Shown in pieces: positions 25,001-34,127 of a stretch of DNA of 64,000 bases. The stretch spans positions 48,360,001-48,424,000 of the forward strand of contig NC_088857.1 in the NCBI RefSeq assembly GCF_963853765.1. Direction: 5' to 3'. Source of the DNA: Magallana gigas (Eukaryota). The position numbers and the translations under genes were made by a program. How positions within the stretch are numbered: position 1 is the first letter of the stretch; every line of letters starts with the position of its first letter. The notes beneath the pieces are model-generated. The model did not search any database and was not told the origin of the DNA. It was given only the letters and a program-made list of their open reading frames with translations.

Positions 25001-26063
25001 ACGAATGATGTAATAAGGTATGCGGATAGTCCGATACGCCGTGCAAGGTTGCGACACAATATTTTGGTCCAGCTTGAGCCATGATTATCATTTTTCATTC
25101 GCAAAAATTCACAGGAAAGAAAACAGATTTATTACGGAGATTTATAATGGGGAATGTTTACATCTTTTCTCCATTCGAAAGTGCCTCAGAATACCTCGCG
25201 TAATTTTTCAGCGTTATCATCCATGGCCAGGCTTACTGCAATGCAAAATCCCCATAGACATCACATTTTTTAGCTGTGTATTGAAGCCTGATAATTGAGC
25301 TAGAGGGGGCGTTTTTAACTGAGAAATACTTTTGAATGAACATTGTTTGAACCCTGAGGTATTTATAAATATCGAGAAATTAGGCAAAATGTGAATCGAG
25401 GATATCTTAGGACAGAGTATATACTGTTATAATATATTTCTCTGTCGAGACTGAACAATTTTGACTCACATCTCTTCAAAAGAGAAACTGAGAAAAGTGA
25501 CATCATTCAAATTTTTCCAGTGTCAACGAATGTTTAGATTACTTTATGGGCAGCGTTTATCATTTACTGTATTATACACATGAATTAGTAGGCAAATGTC
25601 TTTTTTTTTCATAACTAGTACATGGTTGTATAATGATTTTATAAAATCAAAAGCTGCTTTATGTAAAAGATCTTTGGATTACCTGAGTTTTGTGCATTCA
25701 TGAAGCCCTTGGCACTCTCTCGCATATCTTTTAATTCTGACACCATGACATTTAAATCAGCACTTCCCCCTGATCCAAGCGACCTCAACTTGGCACCACT
25801 CCTTAAAAAGGAGAGATTAAAATGTAAAATACGTAAGGGCCCGGAGTACCAGTCAAAACTCACAAAACAGATATGTTGATAAAAGTAAAAACATAACTGA
25901 GAAAATACTTGATATATAATATGTGATAAAAAAAATGAATGCATGATAAACATAGCCTAGTCCTACATTTATATTTGTCATACAAACATAACTGCATGCC
26001 TTTGTTCTTATCTTATAAAGCCTAATTTGCTTACCTTCTTATTGCCCGAGATGCTTTGTCCAT
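16082..26063 (-). CDS. Uncharacterised helical protein, 356 aa, 11 exons; N-terminal ~245 aa resemble the eisosome Pil1/Lsp1 BAR domain; Pro-rich C-tail with PPPY
   Basis: Exons (minus): 26063-26035, 25801-25683, 24688-24636, 23801-23738, 23129-23050, 22710-22654, 21564-21483, 17910-17786, 17469-17409, 17024-16905, 16362-16082; total 1071 nt, all GT-AG with compatible phases; in-frame TGA two codons upstream of the ATG. The gene model is strong; the Pil1 assignment is an alignment by eye and the last exon is less certain. Confidence 0.82.
18220..21468. repeat. 3.2-kb minisatellite, 20-bp unit CCCTCCCTGTTGTTTAGTGA (~160 copies), in intron 7 of the Pil1-like gene
   Basis: Direct tandem array with variant units and duplicated higher-order blocks (e.g. 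280-nt offset between 19481 and 19761). Confidence 0.98.
22316..22405. repeat. 33-bp tandem repeat, about 3 copies
   Basis: ACTGTAATTACATG recurs at 22316, 22349 and 22382. Confidence 0.85.
23518..23692. mobile_element. MITE with TA TSD and CAG...CTG termini (Tc1/pogo-type)
   Basis: TA|CAGTAAAACTC ... GAGTTTTGCTG|TA; a related truncated copy starts at ~45051 (TACAGTAAAACACGG). Confidence 0.8.
24086..24432. mobile_element. Inverted-repeat element rich in GTTTACTC/GAGTAAAC submotifs
   Basis: CCAACTAAACCCTAGGTTTACT ... AGTAAACCAGGATTTAGTTGG terminal inverted repeats; TSD not resolved. Confidence 0.7.
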
Positions 26064-27419
26064 CTTTGTTCAGTTTTCCCCTAGCTGATACACATTTGTT
26101 TTTCTGTACCAAATCACATTCCAGAAACTGTCAAGAAGCCAGTCGTGTGGACAATTTAAAAACGCGAATGTTTACAAATTCAATTTCCGCGGGGTAGTGA
26201 CGTCATATTTCTAAAAAATGAATTTGTACTAAAAATATTTCGGAGTCCGGAATCCCCTCTTTCAAAATGAAAGTAGCATAACAAAGGACAAGAGAAATAT
26301 GAGAGGTGAGATCATGTAATCTTTAAAACGAAATAAAGATTTAAATATCAAAAAGGTCTTCTTTAAGTATATAGTAACATGTTATATAAAAGGCCTATAA
26401 GGCTATATGAAGTCAATAAACTGATAAATTGCTTTGCTTCAACTGCTGATCGAGAATGGGGTTTTTTTCCGGATCCACCCATTATAAATGATAGCTTGCT
26501 TTAGTACTCATTTTAACTTCAATATTGTTTGTCATTTACTAATACTTTAACACAATTTTTAAATTCTTGTATGATTATAATAATGTCATAACTGTTACTT
26601 GTTGTGGACTCGGAATTATAACTTTTAAATGTTTGTTCTTGCTTATGCACTCGGACAGTCCCTTAAACATATATACTTCCGTGCCAAATGTATGTGTCAA
26701 TTCCTTTTTCTTGCAATAATATCTCTGTAATTTTTTCGTTTATCACATTAAAGTGGGGATTTGGAGAGATGTAGATTAACTAAAGTATACTGAATGCAGA
26801 TCTATAATTTTTTTAGCACTTGGTATATATTCAGTAAAGTATTTGACAACCAATTTGTAATATAAAACTTCCAAACAATAGTATTTTATTTAGTTACTTT
26901 TAAGAAATCGATAAAGAAGTGACCTTGGCAGGGTTATGTTTTTAAATAATTATAGGCCTATAGAGATTCCGAGGTAAAAATAGTTTTGACATAACTGTAG
27001 CAAATATACACTTTATTTCAAAGTTTTAATATTTGACTATTTTCTGCATGATGCAGATATAACATATATTTTTTTCAAATCAGGGATAATATTTTCTCTC
27101 TCTATACATTGTACTATAGTATATCTATTTTACTTCAGATGTTATACAATGTACCAATATGTGCTATACATGTACCACTTTCATTTACGATATCGTCGGT
27201 CGGTTGTATACTTGGATGCACATCTGATTTAAACCCAGTTGTATAAATGAAAATGTACCCTTTTCACATATGAACGTTTAAAGATTAGGCATACTCGACT
27301 GTTTTCAAATGGAAGATCACCACGGGAATGTTGATTGTGGATTTGCTTGTCTTATTTTCATCCTAGACATACCGGTACTACATATATACTATTGTACATA
27401 TTCATTTCAGGTTGAAAAA

Positions 27420-29609
27420 ATGGGTGGAGATAACAAAAAATCCAACATCGATCGAGACATAGAAGAATTACTTAACATACTAAAATCACTATATGACGAG
27501 CATGGATCAACCATTCCAAAGCTGAAGAAATCGCTGGAGATTTTGCAGACGATCAAAGAAGAGGCAAAAGACCTGCAAGTCTCTTCTGAACAAGACACAA
27601 TCTCTACACTAGATTTGAAGGACCTAGATGTTCCATGGAAAAAGATCGGTGCTGGGAACTTTGGAAGCGTCTTCAAAACAACATGGAAGGGAACATCCAC
27701 CGTTGCAATCAAAGTTTTGAAGGAACAGGCTAAGCACCAAGCCCGCGAATCTAGACTTCTGCGATATCTTAGCCACGAAAACATCATAGCGTATCGGGGG
27801 ATGGGGTACGTGCAGTCTGAGGAGGAACTGAAGCGGATACTGGAAGGCAATAGAGACGAAGAAGTACGAGAGATGTTCCAGGTACCAAGTATGTTCTTCG
27901 TTATGGAGTACATTCCAACAAATTTGTACCGATACATTGTTCAGCAGGAGAGCCACGAGAGGCAGGGTCTCTCCTTGGGCAAGGCTTGGGATGTCGGGAA
28001 ACAGATAGCCAGTGCGCTGAGTTATCTTCACTCAGAGGGGATTGTCCACAGGGATATGAAACCGGACAACATCTTGATCCAAGGTTACGTGAACAAGTTC
28101 ATCATTAAAATCGCCGACTTTGGCTTGGCATGGCAGGATGACCAAATTGACAAGCAGCAGACAAGGTATGGATCCGTGATGTCCGACAACAATACCGTTT
28201 CTCAAGTGAGCGGGTACGGATTTGTGAACATAAGGTGGGGACCACCAGAGTTCCGCTCGTCTTTGGAAAGTGGTAAAAGTCACTCCATGACCGACTACAG
28301 GAAGGGTGATGTCTACTGCTTTGGTTTGATCATGCTATTTACAGTATCTGGGCTCAAACCACTGGCAGAACTGTCTTCATCAAGTATACAGGATGAAATA
28401 GAACTTCCCACGCCGTCTATCCCCAAAGAATACATCGGAGATCCCAACGATATCATTGCAAAGTCAATTATAGAATGCACGATTGATACGCCCGAAAAGC
28501 GACCAACGGCGGAAGATGTTATAGAGAAATTCTATCGAGGGAAAAACCCGTATTTATCGGAAGCAGACGAAGGAGAATTATTTTCATGTGGGTTCATGGA
28601 CAAAACGGACATTTTTGTTGCAGATTCTTGCACAGATGAAGACGCAAGTCAGAAAGGATTTTTCGAGTCCCGAATACGACCATCCGGGTACCAACACGAC
28701 GACTTGAGTTGTCCCATTCAGGTAGAGTCTAAACCGTGCAGGGACAGGTACGAAAACTGGGACAAAGAAGAAGAATACATTGCAAATTACCAGGAATTCA
28801 GCAGACAGGCAAAAGACAAAATAATTGACAACAACCCTACAGTGGCTTTGAAACGCTTGGCGTTTGCTCGCCCAGGTGAGGATGAGTGTCAGAGAGTCGA
28901 GATGTTCTTCAAGCAGTCAGAATATGTTCACCACAGAGCAATGCGGAAAATTTGGATGAGCCTAAATGAACAACAGAAACAAGACGCCATTCCAAACAAA
29001 GCTGATGTCAATCCTTTCTTCAGCAATACATTTGGGCTACATGTGGCTATCCTGACAGACGAAGGCCCAGGGAATCCACAATACTTCGTGTTTCCACAGC
29101 GTGCAAAACGTGCCGGGATGTCTGCCCCTGGTGCCTTTACTTGTGGAGCCGTGGAAAGCGCATCAACTCCTGACATCAAAGGTGAGGGCACTTCAAGAAG
29201 AGTGGATCTAGTCAATACAGCAGTACGCGGTTTACGGGAAGAACTTGGTCTGGAGTTGTCTGGATCTGACACAGAAGCCGTTTGTTTGACCACAATCTAT
29301 TTAAAAACTGACACCCACGAGTGGGGTCTGTGCGGGTTCGTGGACCTGACGGACGATCGGATCAAACCAGAAAACCATATCAGTGCCGACAACCTGAAAG
29401 ACCGCTTTTCTAGCGGACCAAAGGACAAATTCGAGCACCAGACTCTGACATTTGTCAAGTTCACGTTAGAAGATATGGTGGACTTTGTGTTTGAAAACCA
29501 CGACAATTTTGCCAGTTCCGCCAAGCTAGTCGTCGTGAAGGTGCTACAAGCGTTCTTTGGATGGTCGAGAGTCCAAAGGGAGTTTGAGTCGAGAAAGGTT
29601 ACTTCCTAG
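27420..29609 (+). CDS. Ser/Thr protein kinase (TKL-like) fused to a C-terminal NUDT22-like Nudix-fold domain, 729 aa, single coding exon
   Basis: Uninterrupted ORF. Splice acceptor TTCATTTCAG at 27401-27410 implies a non-coding first exon and ATG 27420. Kinase motifs GAGNFG (27648), VAIK, HRDMKPDN (28047), DFG, WGPPE, DVYCFG, KRP. C-terminal FSNTFGLHVAILTD..FVFPQR..PGAFTCGAVE..RGLREELGL (29226-29252). AATAAA directly follows the stop. Confidence 0.93.
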   Translation: MGGDNKKSNIDRDIEELLNILKSLYDEHGSTIPKLKKSLEILQTIKEEAKDLQVSSEQDTISTLDLKDLDVPWKKIGAGNFGSVFKTTWKGTSTVAIKVLKEQAKHQARESRLLRYLSHENIIAYRGMGYVQSEEELKRILEGNRDEEVREMFQVPSMFFVMEYIPTNLYRYIVQQESHERQGLSLGKAWDVGKQIASALSYLHSEGIVHRDMKPDNILIQGYVNKFIIKIADFGLAWQDDQIDKQQTRYGSVMSDNNTVSQVSGYGFVNIRWGPPEFRSSLESGKSHSMTDYRKGDVYCFGLIMLFTVSGLKPLAELSSSSIQDEIELPTPSIPKEYIGDPNDIIAKSIIECTIDTPEKRPTAEDVIEKFYRGKNPYLSEADEGELFSCGFMDKTDIFVADSCTDEDASQKGFFESRIRPSGYQHDDLSCPIQVESKPCRDRYENWDKEEEYIANYQEFSRQAKDKIIDNNPTVALKRLAFARPGEDECQRVEMFFKQSEYVHHRAMRKIWMSLNEQQKQDAIPNKADVNPFFSNTFGLHVAILTDEGPGNPQYFVFPQRAKRAGMSAPGAFTCGAVESASTPDIKGEGTSRRVDLVNTAVRGLREELGLELSGSDTEAVCLTTIYLKTDTHEWGLCGFVDLTDDRIKPENHISADNLKDRFSSGPKDKFEHQTLTFVKFTLEDMVDFVFENHDNFASSAKLVVVKVLQAFFGWSRVQREFESRKVTS

Positions 29610-31569
29610 AAATAAAAAAGAACCGCTTCCATTGTACGGTGAGCTTGCGAGAACGTTTTCCACGTTGCTATTTTTTGAGTACCATAAATGTATACGTATT
29701 ACCTCAGAATATCCATGTTTGTTTTCATACATACACAAGTATTAACATATTTTCCATGTGAACCATGTCATTCAAAGGAATTGAAAACGGATCGGCGATT
29801 AATGTTGGTTGTGATATGATGGTTAAGGTTTTGGAAGTGACAATATCTATGATGAACTTAGATATAAATGGAAAGACAAAATGTTAAGAAACCTATTGTA
29901 ATCATGGCATGAAGCAAAAAATGCCTATGGTCTTTGTGAAAAATGCACGTATAGAACAAAAACATTTTTACAAGCTGACACTGTTCATGATGTATATGTT
30001 GGTGATAGCCTTGAATCACAAAAGGCAAAGTTCGATGAATGTCTGACGAAATTTTAACAAATAATGTCGTCACTGAAATCATTAAGCACAAAATTATCTT
30101 TATTTATGCACACATTTATAATGTTTGCTCATGATTTTTGTAGAATGATTTATCACAAATAAATTATTAAAGCTTGCGAAAATTGCATTGTTTTGTGGAA
30201 AAATAACACGTACGGTATAAATACAGAAAGAGAATTGACGCATGGCGATTGATGTACAAAAGAAACCGTGTGCCATAGTCGCTGTATACCCTGAAACTAA
30301 TTACTAAGACTATCGTGTTGGGAATACTTAGATTTTGACCTTTTCAGATTTGATCAATACTACCAGGTGTCTATAGGAAGAATTGATATATAAAGGCCGT
30401 CTTACTGTTTATTTAGAAATAAATACTAGTATTAAAGGTGAAAAGAAACTATGAACATATGTATCACTTAATTGTAATTTAGATATTTTAGTAAAATACA
30501 TATGCATTCATCTTAAATAAAGATGTCACTTTATCTTGATAATTTGACCAAATCAAAATTCAGCCTAAAGTTAACGTTAAATGGAAAAACAAACCCAGCG
30601 ACTGCGAACAAGTTAATGATCGTCAAATATAAATCTTTTTGTCTAATATAATCCTTATTATGAGGTAACAAATTTTCCATTTGAAAGAGGTAATTTGTTA
30701 TTTTGGTTGCGTAATAACGAGGATAAATGTGAATGGCTGTTCATAATTCAGTTATGCTTTCATATAACGGAGATATTCAAGCATTTCAGAAAACAACACT
30801 GAGGATTTACCTGTATTGTTTTTTCCTTAAATTTATCTACCAACAACAACTCATTATCATGTATTCGCATTCATTATTGAATTCCTCAGAGTTTTGTTTA
30901 AAGTTCCATTTAATGGCTTTCTTTGGCATCATGGGTCTTTGAGCCATGACCTTGAACAATGATCTTGATATGTCAGCCCCCTCATCGTGTGTATTCATGA
31001 CTATTTGTTTCACTGTGTGTATTCGTGACTATTTGTTATAGGGCAATGTGATGCATGGACATAAATGATCTGTCTGAAATTATCATACAATAAAGGTGAT
31101 TAATCGCAGCACATGTTGCCATAGCTTGCAAAAATCTATGTAAATTTTCACTGCATGCACTGTAATAAACATGACCACAAACTTCATTTTCAGTAAACTG
31201 TTCTGAAATTTTTATTGTAATTAAAAGGACAAGGTATTGTGAAATTGTATCACAGTAAGGATCCAGTTTGTCATTGACAAGAATGTTATTGCAAAACTTC
31301 TAACAAAAAATTCCCCAAATTCAGTGCAACGCTATGTCCTCATATTAATTTTTTTTATAGCTTATTCGGTAATTCATGCGAGGAAGTGTTCCAATTTGCA
31401 AAAGGACAACCAAGAGAGTACGGTGTATACAATCGCCTCACTTTTTAGACAAAACACACATGTAATGTAAAATATTGAATTATCTATATAAATAGTTTGA
31501 ATATTCTTTAATTTTGAATGCAATCATTATTGAACACACTAGAAGTTATTACGACTATTATGTAACATA

Positions 31570-32458
31570 GGAGGGTTGTAACAAAAGTTCGCGGATAAGT
31601 TCGATTACGAGCGGACTATCCGCATGATACCAAACTTGACGTAATTTCTAATAAAAATAAACGGTATTTCATATGACGTTAAAATAACTTAGGAAGGTCA
31701 CTTTGTGAAAGTTTCAATTGAAGTTTAAATTGAAGACTTTTTGACTATTTCATCGCCGAATATGGACGACACACGCATGAAAATTAAGTAGAACGTTAAC
31801 GTCAATGGACAACTTGGAGCACCGGGCCTTCATTAAATTTTGTATGCAATCAGGAACATCTCCGTTCAAACCAAAGGGTTCTTAGATGCTGCAGGAGATG
31901 GCCCACATATGTTTAGGACAATGGTTAACAAATGGAATCAGATGTTTAAAGATGGAAGGGCTGATATTTTCAGCTCTTGCTGCAACCCCATCCCCATTTC
32001 TTAATACAACCCGGATTTTGCACCTATGGACTTTGCTTTATGGAAACTTCGGACAAAACTTTTTGGACCTAAATGGTCTACGATATGTCACAGAAGACAT
32101 TATTTAAAATCTTGACAAATAATGGTATGAAGGTGCGTTTTATGAATGGGTTAAATGACATAAGAAAGTGCATGGAACTGAAAAGTGTTCACTTTAAAAA
32201 AAAAGCGTGGCAGATTTGCCGACAGTTGTTTGACGTCACATGATGTCGTGGAAATATAGAATGACGCTCCGTATAAATCTAATTCATACATCTATAGTAA
32301 AATTCGTTGTATATTTTGAACGAATTATCAAAATGATATTATTTTTGGCATACTTATTTTCAACTGAGAGTAATTTAATAAGACATAAGTCATCCTACAA
32401 AGTACACAGTCATTTTTCCGTAAATCACTTCGTCCACTAACTTTTCTAACAACCCTCG
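31570..32458 (+). mobile_element. Internally deleted mariner (DD34D-type) element with transposase remnants
   Basis: TIRs GAGGGTTGTAACAAAAGTT / AACTTTTCTAACAACCCTC. Frameshifted peptides MDNLEHRAFIKFC..(31805), RTMVNKWNQMFKDGR (HTH), and YNPDFAPMDFALW (YSPDLAP motif). Confidence 0.85.
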
Positions 32459-33873
32459 TGTACTGGAAAGCAGTATATTGATTTCTGTGAATGAACATGG
32501 CCGAGCGTTTGACAGATGATGCCCTTAAAACTTCAATATTTTTAGGTTTCATAAATTTTAAAATGTCTCTGTAATAGATTGAATGATTCTGGGTATTTAC
32601 GACTGTAGCAGCATTGTTTTAAGGATTGCACAATGCGTTTGCATAAAAGTAAAATACTAAGTTTAATGAAAAAATTTAAAAGGAATATTTCTTAATTTTA
32701 AGACCCAAAACTTAGTTTTTTATTCACAGAATTCAGTTTATGTTCTCATTCACGTATCTGTTCTAGATGAAACACACGTATTATAATCTTAACGTGCACC
32801 TTACATGTACATGTAACTTAATTATTCAATATATGGTTAAATTTCATTGCAGCGTTTCTTAATATCTTTGTTTCTTTTTATTAATAGAGAACATATGAGA
32901 ATATCAGCTATTCTTATATAACTAAATGCCTTTCCTCGTTCATTACATAATATTGGTTTAGATATCGATTGTTTTGGTCGTTTTGGCTTACGTTAACTAA
33001 TTTTATGCCTGATTAATTCATATGTTCTAAGTTTTTTTTTTAAACTCCTTATCTCTTTTGTATATTAGATTTGAATTTTACGGCTTTGCTGTTATATTGA
33101 ATTATTTTTATTTCTGTCGAGGATATAGAATTAACTAAAAGATCTCAGGTCAGCGCAATCATTTTATTTTGTCTTGGTGCTTTCTTATCTTTGATGTTAT
33201 ATGTGACTTGCACGTTTAGCTTACATTATATCGCTAATACATGCTTAACTAATCAAATAATCAGAGACGTATCATCGAAAGTGAATGAAAGGGGATTTTC
33301 CGTACATACAATTTATTCATGAACTATTAATTGAGAGGAATTATCACCTTCAAATTCTAACTTATGCTGACACATCTAAACATAATCACGTTCTGAAATC
33401 GTTCAGATAACTATGTAGTCAGGTATTGTCTATTAGTTCTGTAGAAAAAAAACCCTTTGATATAAACAGAAATTATTTTTACAATCGATAAAAATAAATT
33501 CAACGTTTTTGATGCACCAGATGCAATGTTAATTGATGAAATACAAGTAGGCAATAGATAAACATGAAATATTTGTTGTTTTGTTTCACGTGACTTATTC
33601 CAATTTATATCATTTTATGAGCAAGTTATATTAACGACAAAATCATGGTATTGGACATGTGTTTACATATCAATGTACCGTAAGGCATGTTCCATATGCA
33701 TGATAAATTATGACTGGGGGTGATAGTTAAACGCTTCTCGCTTTTTATTCTCACCTTAGTACACAGATGAAAATCAAAACTGTTAGGAGATTAATCATAT
33801 TAACTAATATAGAAGTAGGTCTGACTATGTAGGTTTTGATTGATGCAAACATGTACTTCTCTTGAAATTGTTC

Positions 33874-34127
33874 AGAACCATTTTAACAAGAGCTTGAACT
33901 TTGGGTAGTTGTGTCAAACGGCAATGTTACGTAGGCCTGTCTTTTATTGCAGGTCATGCATTTAGCCATTGCTCTTTGTAATCTGCAAGATTTGTATGGC
34001 TTTTGAACTAAGACTACGCAATCTGTGTATATTTCACTTCAAACCAGCGTCATTGCTAACTTGTTTGACGCAAGAAATAGATAGTCACGTCCTACTGAAA
34101 GTCCAAGGTCTTTTTAAAATGGTTCTA
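33874..34127. mobile_element. ~250-bp MITE family copy 2
   Basis: AGAACCATTTTAACAAGAGCTTGAACTTT ... AAAGTCCAAGGTCTTTTTAAAATGGTTCTA; aligns with 8701 and 55182. Confidence 0.88.

Noticed and set aside
27309-27419. N-terminal 37 aa of the 766-aa ORF-track call
   Set aside because: Lies upstream of a strong acceptor (27401-27410) in AT-rich intron-like sequence; ATG 27420 is the more plausible start.
27407-29524. Antisense ORFs (27407-27937, 27624-28031, 28032-28283, 28928-29293, 29297-29524) over the kinase-Nudix gene
   Set aside because: Expected shadows of a long, less AT-rich sense ORF; no recognisable motifs.
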